Source: Gemmatimonadales bacterium
GTDB taxonomy: Bacteria > Gemmatimonadota > Gemmatimonadetes > Gemmatimonadales > GWC2-71-9
Length of the DNA stretch: 64,000 bases
Assembly: GCA_041613315.1 (NCBI GenBank)
Contig: JBFJHJ010000002.1
Location: 1 to 64,000 of the forward strand
Reading direction: 5' to 3'
Shown here: in pieces, positions 18,306 to 27,095 of the stretch
Numbering within the stretch: position 1 is the first letter of the stretch
Layout of the letters: each line of letters starts with the position of its first letter
Translations under genes and position numbers: made by a program
The notes under the pieces: generated by a model
Seen by the model: only the letters and a program-made list of their open reading frames with translations
The model's database searches: none
What the model was told of the DNA's origin: nothing

Positions 18306-18779
18306 ATGCCCGCCAGCCGGCCGCGCACGGTTTCTCTCGAGCTCATGCACCTGCTGGAAGGCGTGAACGCACGGCGCCGCAGCAGTCTTCCGCCACCCCC
18401 GCCAGATGTTGAGGAGGCGGCGCTCGAGGACCGCGTGCGAGCCTCGCATCGCCTCGCCGTGTACGGCAGCCTCAAGCCGGGCGAGATACACCATGACCTC
18501 GTGTCCCACCTGTCTGGCACCTGGCAGGACGGCGACGTCTTTGGCGACTGGTCGGACACCGGGTGGGGCGCCGGCGTGGGGTTTCCCGCGATCCGGTGGC
18601 GTCCCGACGGCGATCGCGTGCCGGTCAAGCTCCTGGCCTCGGCCGACCTGCCCGCCGAGTGGGCGCGCCTCGACGCGTTCGAAGGCGAGGAGTACCGACG
18701 CATCCTGGTCCCGGTCTTCGACCGGGACACGTTCCTTGCGGTGGCGAATCTCTACGAAGCGCGGTCCGCGGGCGGCTGA
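18306..18779 (+). CDS. Gamma-glutamylcyclotransferase (GGCT/AIG2-like) family protein
   Basis: LAVYGSLKPG, GFPAI, WARLDAFEGEEYRR. Confidence 0.85.
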   Translation: MPASRPRTVSLELMHLLEGVNARRRSSLPPPPPDVEEAALEDRVRASHRLAVYGSLKPGEIHHDLVSHLSGTWQDGDVFGDWSDTGWGAGVGFPAIRWRPDGDRVPVKLLASADLPAEWARLDAFEGEEYRRILVPVFDRDTFLAVANLYEARSAGG

Positions 18780-18905
18780 GCACCGAGCCGACCCTGTCAA
18801 CTCCTCCGCAGCACGCTCACCCGCACCGCCCGCCCCCGACCCGTCGATCACACACTCCCACGCGATGCAGCTGAGGAGGGGCCAGCATTCGATAGCCAGA
18901 ACTCC

Positions 18906-18935
18906 TTGACGGACAGGTATCAATATGATATCATA
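18906..18935 (+). promoter_or_regulatory. Sigma70-type promoter with overlapping palindromic operator
   Basis: TTGACG (18906-18911), 17 nt, TATCAT (18929-18934); perfect palindrome TATGATATCATA at 18924-18935. Confidence 0.75.
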
Positions 18936-18961
18936 CAGCTAGCATCAACCCGGAGGGTTCC

Positions 18962-19831
18962 GTGATTCGCGAGATCAAGCGGGAGTTCGGCTCGGGCTAT
19001 GCCGCCCTGATGGCGCTGTTCGTGGCGTCGGGCGTGACGATCTACTGGCTGGTGGAGGCGATTCGCGCGCAGGCGCCAGGATCCATCGGGCTCGCCACGG
19101 TCGCGATCGTGCTCGTGATCTTTTTCTGGGCGGGGTTCTTCATGGTGAACCCCAACGAGGCGCGCGTGTTACAGCTCTTCGGCAAGTACGTGGGGTCCGT
19201 CCGGACGCCGGGGCTCCGCTATGCCAACCCACTCTACGCGAAGCAAAAGGTCTCCGTCCGCGTGCGGAACTTCGAGACCGGCAAGCTCAAGGTCAACGAC
19301 CGGAACTCGAACCCCATCGAGATCGCGGCGGTGGTGGTGTGGCGGGTGGTCGACACCGCCGAGGCGCTCTTCGAGGTGGACAGCTTCGAGGAGTATGTGC
19401 ATGTCCAGAGCGAGGCGGCGGTCCGCACCCTCACCACGAACTACGCGTACGACGCGTTTGAAGAGGGGGAGATGACGCTCACCGGCCACACGGGGGAGAT
19501 CGCCGAGCGGCTCAAGGCCGAGATCCAGGCGCGGCTCGACAAGGCGGGAGTACAGGTGATCGAGGCGCGGATCAGCCACCTGGCCTACGCGCCCGAGATC
19601 GCGAGCGCGATGCTTCAGCGCCAGCAGGCGAGCGCCGTGATCGCCGCGCGGCAAAAGATCGTGGAGGGCGCGGTGGGCATGGTCGAGATGGCCTTGGATC
19701 TCCTGGCGAAGCAGAACATCGTGCGGTTGGACGAGGAGCGCAAAGCGGCGATGGTGAGCAACCTGCTCGTGGTGCTCACGTCGGAACAAGCCACCCAGCC
19801 GGTCGTGAACACGGGATCGCTCTACCAGTAA
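18962..19831 (+). CDS. SPFH/band 7 domain membrane protein
   Basis: Two TM helices, [44 protein letters not shown]. Confidence 0.93.
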   Translation: MIREIKREFGSGYAALMALFVASGVTIYWLVEAIRAQAPGSIGLATVAIVLVIFFWAGFFMVNPNEARVLQLFGKYVGSVRTPGLRYANPLYAKQKVSVRVRNFETGKLKVNDRNSNPIEIAAVVVWRVVDTAEALFEVDSFEEYVHVQSEAAVRTLTTNYAYDAFEEGEMTLTGHTGEIAERLKAEIQARLDKAGVQVIEARISHLAYAPEIASAMLQRQQASAVIAARQKIVEGAVGMVEMALDLLAKQNIVRLDEERKAAMVSNLLVVLTSEQATQPVVNTGSLYQ

Positions 19832-19837
19832 CGTCCG

Positions 19838-20020
19838 GTGGCCGAGCGCAAAGCGTTTCTGCTGCGGATCGATCAGGCCACGTACGACGCGTTAGAGCGG
19901 TGGGCGAAGGACGAACTCCGCAGCGTGAACGGCCAGATCGAGTTCCTGCTCCGGCGGTCGCTGCGCGACACGGGTCGGCTGGGGGAATCCCGGAAGCGCG
20001 AGGGGGGAGGCGGGCCCTAG
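19838..20020 (+). CDS. Arc/ribbon-helix-helix DNA-binding protein
   Basis: [31 protein letters not shown]. Confidence 0.88.
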   Translation: MAERKAFLLRIDQATYDALERWAKDELRSVNGQIEFLLRRSLRDTGRLGESRKREGGGGP

Positions 20021-20116
20021 CGGGGAAGCGCGCCGAGCCACCGGAGAGGGGGGACCGCGAGCCGTAGCATGGACGAACGAGGTGGCTCCCCCCCTCACCG
20101 GTGGAGCGCGATACGA

Positions 20117-20665
20117 CTAGGCGCGCGACCCGGCGAGCTCCTCCAGCTCCTGGATCGCCCGCTCCAGGATCTCCGTGATCTGACGCCGCCGATCCTTGTC
20201 CTCCCGGAGCTTCCACGCCGACCGATACGCTTGGGTCACCGTGCGGCCCACGAGGCGGGTGACCTCCGGCATCGGATCACTCAGCAAGCTCTCGATCGTC
20301 TCCTCGACCCGGTCGAAGATCCCCTCGACGGTGGTCTGATGCTCCTCGAGAAACGCGAGTCCCTCGTCGGTGATCGCATAGACTTTCTTCCCGTCCAGCT
20401 CTTCGCTCCGGACGAGCCCCTCATCTTCCAGCCACTGGAGCGTGGGGTACACCGTTCCGGGGGATGGTTTGTAGCAGCCGCGCGTTTGCTCTTCGAGCGC
20501 CTTCATGACCTCGTAGCCGTGCATCGGCTTGTCCTTGAGCAGCCGCAGGATCACGTACTTCATGTCGCCGGCTTCAAACCGGATGCCGCGCCGACCGTGA
20601 CCGCGTCCCCGCCACCCCCACCAGTCGCCGGGAGCGAACCCGAATCCCCATGCCCGTCCGCGCAT
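20117..20665 (-). CDS. PadR-family transcriptional regulator
   Basis: GGAGG RBS; GDMKYVIL.LL..PMHGYEVM, YKPSPGTVYPTL..LEDEG, KKVYAITDEG. Confidence 0.92.
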   Translation of the reverse strand: MRGRAWGFGFAPGDWWGWRGRGHGRRGIRFEAGDMKYVILRLLKDKPMHGYEVMKALEEQTRGCYKPSPGTVYPTLQWLEDEGLVRSEELDGKKVYAITDEGLAFLEEHQTTVEGIFDRVEETIESLLSDPMPEVTRLVGRTVTQAYRSAWKLREDKDRRRQITEILERAIQELEELAGSRA

Positions 20666-20690
20666 CGCCCACCTCCACGAACGCAAGTCC

Positions 20691-20758
20691 GATACTACGT
20701 GAGATACACCATGCCGATATATCGGCCGTAATATCGGACGATATATCTCGGCTGTCAA
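20691..20758 (-). promoter_or_regulatory. padR promoter with repeated GATATATC operator boxes
   Basis: TTGACA on the minus strand (20758-20753); GATATATC at 20716 and 20740, GTAATATC at 20728; palindrome CCGATATATCGG at 20714-20725. Confidence 0.7.
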
Positions 20759-20885
20759 GTTGCCACCCGCGCACACTGTGACCGATGGCACGACGAGGTC
20801 GTCGCAAAACGGCGATACTTGGCGCCCCATCTAGAAGAAGCGAGGGGAATGCGTGCGGACGAGGATTGGCGCCGGAGGGCGCGCG

Positions 20886-21302
20886 TCAGCCCCCGAGACT
20901 GAACGGCCAGGGCTGGTAGCCGTAGAACGCGACGACCAGGGCCGATCCCGCGAGGCCCAGCGTCATGAAGAACTGGGCCATTTCGCTCCGGTGCGCCGTG
21001 GGGTCGCGCTCGCTCCAGAAGGGGTGCAGCGCGAACGCCCCGGGGAACAAGACGAGGAAGAGGAGCCCGGCGCCGATGAACCGGCTCCACCCGATGAGGA
21101 CAAAGGCTCCGCCGAGCGCGAGCATCAGCCCGGTCACGACGGCCACCGGCCGCGCTCCGGGGACGCCCTTGCGGCCGAGATAGGCGGCGGCCTGCGGTAG
21201 GCGGACCAAGTGGCTCAGGCCGAAGACGAGAAAGAACAGCGAGAACAGGACGCGCCCCGTGAGGTGCATCCAGGGATACAGGACCCAGAGCTCATCGGGC
21301 AT
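20886..21302 (-). CDS. DoxX-family membrane protein (copy 2)
   Basis: AGGAG RBS; GRVLFSLFF..GLSH, HPFW, EMAQF...GLAGSAL. Confidence 0.88.
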   Translation of the reverse strand: MPDELWVLYPWMHLTGRVLFSLFFLVFGLSHLVRLPQAAAYLGRKGVPGARPVAVVTGLMLALGGAFVLIGWSRFIGAGLLFLVLFPGAFALHPFWSERDPTAHRSEMAQFFMTLGLAGSALVVAFYGYQPWPFSLGG

Positions 21303-21416
21303 GACGATACTCCTGGCGGTGATCGGCATGGCGCGGCAGTGGTGGACGGCCCGGCGTCAGCCGCCGGCCGGCCGCCGCGCGAGGGGCCGGCCGGCGCCGA
21401 AGCGCTGAGGGATCGC

Positions 21417-21824
21417 TCAGCCGCCCAGGCTCATCGGCCAGGACGTGCCGGCGTAGTACGCGATCATGAGGGCGGCGCCCGCCAGCGCCAGGTCCTTCAT
21501 GAAATGGGCCATCTCGTTCTGCTTCATCATCGGGTCGGTCTCTTTCCAGAACCCGTGCATGAAGACGGCCGCGAGGAGCAGGAAGATCGCCAGGAGGCCG
21601 GCGCCGATGAAACGGTGCCAGCCGAGAAGCACGGTAATGCCGCCGACGAGCAACATGACGCCGCTCAGCGCCGTGGCGGCCTTGGCGGCGGGCAGCCCTC
21701 GGCTCTGCGCATAGGCCGCCATGTCGTTCAGCTTGACCAGGTGGTTCATGCCACTGGCCAGGAAGATCATGGAGAACAGCACTCGGCCACCGAGGTGCAT
21801 CCAGGGATAGAGCTGTTCGAGCAT
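21417..21824 (-). CDS. DoxX-family membrane protein (copy 1)
   Basis: GGAGG RBS; GRVLFSMIFLASGMNH, HGFW, EMAHFMKDLALAGAAL. Confidence 0.9.
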   Translation of the reverse strand: MLEQLYPWMHLGGRVLFSMIFLASGMNHLVKLNDMAAYAQSRGLPAAKAATALSGVMLLVGGITVLLGWHRFIGAGLLAIFLLLAAVFMHGFWKETDPMMKQNEMAHFMKDLALAGAALMIAYYAGTSWPMSLGG

Positions 21825-21985
21825 CGCACGACCTCCTGACGGTGCGGAGGGAAAGAGGCCGGCCGTCGGACGACCGGCGACGAGGTGACAACGCGGGCAC
21901 GGTGGCGGACGATCCGCCCCCACCCCAATTTCCGGGCCACCGAGGCCCCAATTTGGATTCAAATCCGCGGGAGGCAAGGATTCGT

Positions 21986-22666
21986 ATGGTTAAGGTGACA
22001 CCCCATCCGGCTTGGGTTGCTGATCTGGACGCCGCCCTGGAGCCTCTGCAGAAGGACATCCTGGATCTGCCGGTGGTGGTGGATGCCTCCGTCAACCAGC
22101 AGGATGAGAAGGGTATTCATGCCTTCTGCCTCGAGTTCTACCCGATCATTCGGGACTTTCCGACCTGGCTCGAGGTGTTGCTGAAGCGGTCGCCACCCGA
22201 AGGGCACGCGTTCTTCCGCGACAACATTCGGGTCGAGCGCCGTCACGACGCCATGTGGCGAGCGATGGGCGACGGCTTCGGCGTGCGCAAGGAGGAGTTT
22301 CAAGCGTTCGACATGCGCGACTCGAACGAGGCGGTGCGACGTTTTCACCAATACCTGAGCACGATCGGATGCGAGGGCGCGTTCGCGCCTGCGGTCAGCG
22401 CGACGAACTACGCCGTAGAAGGCGTCGCCCAAAAGATCGCGCACAAGGCGCTCGAGGGCCTCAAGTACAACGAGAGGCTTGGCGAGCGCGGTCGCTGGTG
22501 GCTGGAGGAGCACGCGAAGTACGACGACGAACACCCGATCCTCGCGCTGGAACTGATCAAGTCGTGCGTGGCAAAGGGCGACGGCGAGCCCACGGAAGTC
22601 GCGTCGGCCGGCGTCCGGAGCCTTCATCTGATGCGCGAGGCCATGCACGCGAGTTATCGTAGATAG
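21986..22666 (+). CDS. Heme-oxygenase-like diiron enzyme, UndA-like
   Basis: NIRVERRH..W, ATNYAVEG, WLEEHAKYDDEHP..ALELI closely parallel UndA motifs as recalled (NIRVELNH, ATNYAIEG, WLKMHAQYDDAHP..ALEII). Confidence 0.8.
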   Translation: MVKVTPHPAWVADLDAALEPLQKDILDLPVVVDASVNQQDEKGIHAFCLEFYPIIRDFPTWLEVLLKRSPPEGHAFFRDNIRVERRHDAMWRAMGDGFGVRKEEFQAFDMRDSNEAVRRFHQYLSTIGCEGAFAPAVSATNYAVEGVAQKIAHKALEGLKYNERLGERGRWWLEEHAKYDDEHPILALELIKSCVAKGDGEPTEVASAGVRSLHLMREAMHASYRR

Positions 22667-22670
22667 CACT

Positions 22671-24557
22671 ATGGCACGCCGGACCAGGCGGGGCGCCAAG
22701 CGCGGGCGTACCACGAGCGGGGGGCATCTTGCACGGAGCATCGTCGCGAGCTGCCCTGACGCCATCGTGGTCACGTCGCTCGAGCGGCGCGTCGTCGACG
22801 CCAACCAGGCGGCGGCCGCGCTCTTCGGGTACGCCCTCGACGACCTCCTGACCAAGGGGGTCGATGATCTCGTGGCGACGGGCGACCGCGCGATCGTTGA
22901 GCAGCACGAGCGGGAGGCGCTCCGCGGGCTCCCCCAGCGCTACGAGGCGACCATCCTGACGGCGGCCGGGACCGAACGGCGCGTGGCCGTTGCCTCGGCG
23001 CCACTGCACGACGCGGACGAGGTGTTGGGGACGGCGGCGACGCTCCGGGACATCACCGACGAACACCTGGCGCATGAGAAGCTCGCCCGGTCGGAGGCGC
23101 GCTACCGGAACCTCTTCGAGAGTGCCAGCGACGCGATCGTCACGTTCGACGCGTCCGCCCGGTTCACCACGGTGAACCACGCCGCGACCCTGATCTCGGG
23201 GTACGACCGCGAGGAGCTCGTGGACCGCTGGTTCGCCCCGATGCTGCCCGAAGCGGAGCTGCCCAAGGCGCTGGCCGAGTTTCAGCGCGCGCTCTCCGGC
23301 CAGCAGGGCCAGTTCGACACCGAGTTCTACCGCAAGGACGGCGACCTCCGCTACATCTCGGTGACGTACTCCTGCACGGAGCCGCACGAAGAGGTGCTGT
23401 GCATGATCCGCGACGTCACCAACCAGCGGGAGCTCCAGGAGCAGCTCATTCAGTCCGAGAAGATGGCGGCCATCGGCCAGCTCGTGAGCGGCGTGGCACA
23501 CGAGCTGAACAACCCGCTGGCCAGCGTCTCGGCGTTCGCCCAGTTGCTGCTGGCGGAACGGAAGCTGTCCCAGGAGCAGCGCCAGTCGGCCGAAGTGATC
23601 GCCAAGGAATCGCAGCGGGCGGCGCGGATCGTCAACAACCTCCTCACGTTCGCCCGTCAGCGGCGGGCGGAGAAAGCCGTCGCCAGCGTCAACGAGGTCC
23701 TCGACACGACGCTCGAGCTGCGCAATTACGAACTGAAGGTGCGGGGGATCGACCTCGTCCGGGATTACGACGAGCGCCTTCCGCATACGATGGCGGACGT
23801 CTACCAGCTCCAGCAGGTCTTCCTCAACATGATCACCAACGCCGAACAGGCCATGGAGGGAGTGGAGCGGCAGCACCATCGCCTGACGGTGCGCACGCAC
23901 GGGATGGGAGACGTCCTGCGCGTCGAAGTCGAAGACACCGGGCCCGGCATCCCGCCCGATTCGCTGGAGCGGATCTTCAATCCCTTCTTCACGACGAAAC
24001 CGACGGGCAAGGGTACGGGCCTCGGATTGTCCATCTCGTTGGGGATCGTGAGCGAGCACGGCGGCCGCATCTGGGCCGGCAACGTGCAGGGAGGCGGCGC
24101 GCGCTTCTGCATCGAGCTGCCGGTCACAGCCGCCGAGCACGCGGCGGCGGCGGATGACGAGGCGCCCATCAAGGCCTCCGACGCCTTGCGGATTCTCGTC
24201 GTGGACGACGAGGAGCCCCTGCGCATCGCCCTCCATCGGTTCCTCTCGGGGGAGGGCCACCAGGTCTGCACGGCCGAAAGCGGCAGCGCGGCGTTGGCCC
24301 GGCTCGAGCATGAGACGTTCGACGCCCTCGTGCTCGACATGCGGATGCCCGATATGTCGGGCAAGCAGATCTACGAGCGGCTCGCCAAGAAGTCGCCGCT
24401 CATGGCCCAGCGCGTCATCTTCACGACGGGCGATACGGTGAGCGCCGACCTGCGCCAGTTCCTCAAGGAGACCGGCCAGCCGTTCATTCCGAAGCCGTTC
24501 GAGTTCCGGGCGATCGTGAACGCCCTGTCCGAAGATCGGTTCGCCAACGGCCGCTGA
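22671..24557 (+). CDS. Cytoplasmic hybrid sensor histidine kinase (PAS-PAS-HisKA-HATPase-REC)
   Basis: Two PAS domains, AHELNNPL H-box, N/G/F boxes (FFTTK..GKGTGLGL), receiver LVVDDE..LDMRMP..KPF; no TM segments. Confidence 0.95.
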   Translation: MARRTRRGAKRGRTTSGGHLARSIVASCPDAIVVTSLERRVVDANQAAAALFGYALDDLLTKGVDDLVATGDRAIVEQHEREALRGLPQRYEATILTAAGTERRVAVASAPLHDADEVLGTAATLRDITDEHLAHEKLARSEARYRNLFESASDAIVTFDASARFTTVNHAATLISGYDREELVDRWFAPMLPEAELPKALAEFQRALSGQQGQFDTEFYRKDGDLRYISVTYSCTEPHEEVLCMIRDVTNQRELQEQLIQSEKMAAIGQLVSGVAHELNNPLASVSAFAQLLLAERKLSQEQRQSAEVIAKESQRAARIVNNLLTFARQRRAEKAVASVNEVLDTTLELRNYELKVRGIDLVRDYDERLPHTMADVYQLQQVFLNMITNAEQAMEGVERQHHRLTVRTHGMGDVLRVEVEDTGPGIPPDSLERIFNPFFTTKPTGKGTGLGLSISLGIVSEHGGRIWAGNVQGGGARFCIELPVTAAEHAAAADDEAPIKASDALRILVVDDEEPLRIALHRFLSGEGHQVCTAESGSAALARLEHETFDALVLDMRMPDMSGKQIYERLAKKSPLMAQRVIFTTGDTVSADLRQFLKETGQPFIPKPFEFRAIVNALSEDRFANGR

Positions 24558-24586
24558 CGACGTTAGGCGCGTGGCGCCGGCAGTGG

Positions 24587-24628
24587 AACGACGGAAGGGG
24601 CGCCGACTGCGGCGCCCCTTCCGTCGTT
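24587..24628. terminator. Hairpin between convergent genes, probable bidirectional terminator
   Basis: Perfect 19-bp inverted repeat AACGACGGAAGGGGCGCCG / CGGCGCCCCTTCCGTCGTT with a 4-nt loop. Confidence 0.85.
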
Positions 24629-24650
24629 TCCTATCCCACCCGGTGCGGGA

Positions 24651-25667
24651 CTACCGCCGGCGGCCCTCCCACCAGAAACCCTGCTCACGCTCCGGCACGG
24701 TCGCGGTCACGGTCATGCGACGTTTGTGGCGCATGACCTCCAGCTTCACCGCTTCCCCACGCTCGTACGACCGGAGGATCCGGATCGCGTGGGACGGGCT
24801 GGTCGGCTCGCGCCCGTCGATCGTGAGGATCACGTCGCCGCTCTTGAGGTTGAGGGACTCGTCGCGCGGCGCTCGCACGACCAGCAGCCCCTTCGTCACG
24901 CCGAAGTACTGCCCGAGATCGGCGTCCATCGTCACCAACTCGATGTCGAGCCACCGAAGCGGCAGCATCCCCTCGAAGCGGGGCGCCAACTCGAACTCCG
25001 GGATCGCGAACTCGACGTCCGACTCGATCATCCGCAGCGTCGAATCGCCGCTGAAGCTGAACGCGAAGGAGCTGGGGCTCATCGTCCGCACCACCACCGG
25101 GGCGGTCGCGGCTTGCCCGCCCCGACGGTACTCCACACGGAGCGTATCGCCGTCTTTGAGGTCGCGGATGATCCGCACCAGCTTGTCGCCGGGCGCATCC
25201 CCCCGCCGGCCGCGTCGGGACAGCGACTCCTCATTCGCCCGCACGATCACGTCCCCCACTTTGAGGCCGGCCTCATCGGCCGGACCGCCTGGCGTCACCG
25301 CCATCAGCTCGACACCCAACGAGTCGCGGGCAGGAGTGCTGGGCTGCAGCACGACCCCCATCATGGGCCGCCGGCCGGCGAACACGACCGTGCCGAGGGG
25401 GCCCCGCTGGATCCGAACGACATCGCGGAACCCGTCCTGCCGCAGCTCCCGCTGAGCGGCCATCAGATCTTCCATGGCCCGCTGGAGCGCCCGGCCCGCG
25501 TCGTCATCCGACGACTCCCGCAGGCCCCGTAGCACCTCGGCAAGCTGTTTCTGCGCCTCCTCGACCCGCCGCTGAGCCTCGCGGCGGTCGCGCTCTTGCG
25601 CGGGCGCCGCCGTCGGTAGTGCGAGCGCGAGTGCCAGCAGGGCGGGGATCAATCGGTGTGCCTTCAT
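24651..25667 (-). CDS. Exported tandem-PDZ protein without protease domain
   Basis: GAGGAG RBS, signal peptide, coiled-coil segment, VTPGGPADEAGLKVGDVI and LKSGDVILTIDG PDZ motifs. Confidence 0.85.
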   Translation of the reverse strand: MKAHRLIPALLALALALPTAAPAQERDRREAQRRVEEAQKQLAEVLRGLRESSDDDAGRALQRAMEDLMAAQRELRQDGFRDVVRIQRGPLGTVVFAGRRPMMGVVLQPSTPARDSLGVELMAVTPGGPADEAGLKVGDVIVRANEESLSRRGRRGDAPGDKLVRIIRDLKDGDTLRVEYRRGGQAATAPVVVRTMSPSSFAFSFSGDSTLRMIESDVEFAIPEFELAPRFEGMLPLRWLDIELVTMDADLGQYFGVTKGLLVVRAPRDESLNLKSGDVILTIDGREPTSPSHAIRILRSYERGEAVKLEVMRHKRRMTVTATVPEREQGFWWEGRRR

Positions 25668-25762
25668 TGGGATGCTCCTCATCACGTCGTTCCGTTCTCC
25701 GTTGGCCGTTCTCCGTCCGCCCCCGCCACCCACTGACGACGGAGACCGGATAACGAACCCGC

Positions 25763-26350
25763 TCAGAACCCCACGTACGCCGTCCGCTGCACGTGGGTCT
25801 GTACCAACACGTCGAGCAGGCGGACCCGCTGTCGCCACAACCGCTCCAGATCGCCGGTTGGCACCTCGCCGGTCTGGACCCCGGCGATCCCGGCATCGAT
25901 CACGGCGATGCGGTCCTCGAGGTCCGCGATCGCGGTCGCCGCGAGTCCGTCGACCACCCGGCCGCCCCCGCCATACCACCCGAGCGCGCTCTCGAGCACC
26001 TGCGAGCGCTCGACCAGCGCTCGAAGCTCGGGCGACGGCCCCACGGGCGCCGGCGACCCGTTCCCAGGCCACGCGATCACGAGCGCGAGCACCGCCGCCG
26101 CCGCGACGCTGCCGCCGGCCAGCCAGCGCAGGCGGCGGCGGCGCCAGGCGCGAAACTCGTCCCGCACGAGGGGCCAGCGGTCTCTCGGAGGCGTCACGCT
26201 CGGCAACGCCCGAAGCGCTGCCACTCGCTGGTGCACACGGTCCAACTCGTCGCGGCATGCCGCGCACCCCTTCAGATGCGCCCGGGCCGCCGCCGACCCT
26301 TCGCCGCCCCGCACCTCCAGCAGTTCCGCGATGGTGCAGTGCCGGAACAT
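25763..26350 (-). CDS. Putative zinc-binding transmembrane anti-sigma factor
   Basis: HLKGCAAC (HxxxCxxC), one TM helix; start overlaps the stop of the ECF sigma gene. Confidence 0.8.
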   Translation of the reverse strand: MFRHCTIAELLEVRGGEGSAAARAHLKGCAACRDELDRVHQRVAALRALPSVTPPRDRWPLVRDEFRAWRRRRLRWLAGGSVAAAAVLALVIAWPGNGSPAPVGPSPELRALVERSQVLESALGWYGGGGRVVDGLAATAIADLEDRIAVIDAGIAGVQTGEVPTGDLERLWRQRVRLLDVLVQTHVQRTAYVGF

Positions 26351-26898
26351 CAGACCTCCTCGCCGAGCATGTCGCGCAGCCGTGCGTGCGCCCGCGAGAG
26401 CTGCGACTTCGAAAAACTCACCGTCTTGCCCATCAGCTCGGCTATCTCTTCGTGCGTGTACCCTTCGACATCGTGCATCCACACCACCGCGCGCGCCGTG
26501 TCCGACAGGCGCGCCAGCGACGCCTCCAGGTCCATCTGCAGTCCCACATCCCCGTCCCGGCGGCCGGCCGGCCCGCCATCTTCCGCGAGCGGCTCGGCCT
26601 CACGGTACTTCTCGTACCGGATCCGGATCAGCGCCTTGCTCGCCGCGATCCGCTTGATCCACGCCGTGAGACTCCCCGGGCCTCCGCCGCGGAACCCCCG
26701 GATGCTGCGGCAGACCTCGAGAAAAGTCTCCTGCAGCACGTCCTCCGCCTCTTCGGCGGTTCGGCAGATCCGCCGCGCCAACGAATACACCGTGCCCTGA
26801 TAGGCTCGGTAGATGCGTTCGAGCGCCGCGAGGTCGCCTGATTTGGCCCGGCGGATCGCGAGCTCGTCCACGGCGGTGACGCTCAGGGAGATCTCCAT
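26350..26898 (-). CDS. ECF RNA polymerase sigma factor
   Basis: AEDVLQETF, LTAWI.RIA, GYTHEEIAELMG..SKSQLSRA. Confidence 0.93.
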   Translation of the reverse strand: MEISLSVTAVDELAIRRAKSGDLAALERIYRAYQGTVYSLARRICRTAEEAEDVLQETFLEVCRSIRGFRGGGPGSLTAWIKRIAASKALIRIRYEKYREAEPLAEDGGPAGRRDGDVGLQMDLEASLARLSDTARAVVWMHDVEGYTHEEIAELMGKTVSFSKSQLSRAHARLRDMLGEEV

Positions 26899-27095
26899 CG
26901 GTCCCGACAAGATAGATGCCCCACCCGCCGGATGGGTCGCGGAGCACGGTCAGGCGGCAGGACCTCAGGCGGTAGGACGGTCGGACCGGGCACACTCTGG
27001 GTCATGCGTACGGGCGATTCGTCCCTCCCCTCACGGCCTGTCCGCCTCGGTGGCGCCGAGGGGCGCCCGGACTGCCTGGGCGCTATCATATGCCC

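Noticed and set aside
1..20020. Integron cassette array
   Set aside because: No integrase and no recurring attC-like RYYYAAC...GTTRRRY spacers seen; many genes overlap directly.
20046..20096. Terminator between the RHH gene and padR (GAGGGGGGA...TCCCCCCCTC)
   Set aside because: Imperfect stem with a large loop and no U-tract; too weak to call.
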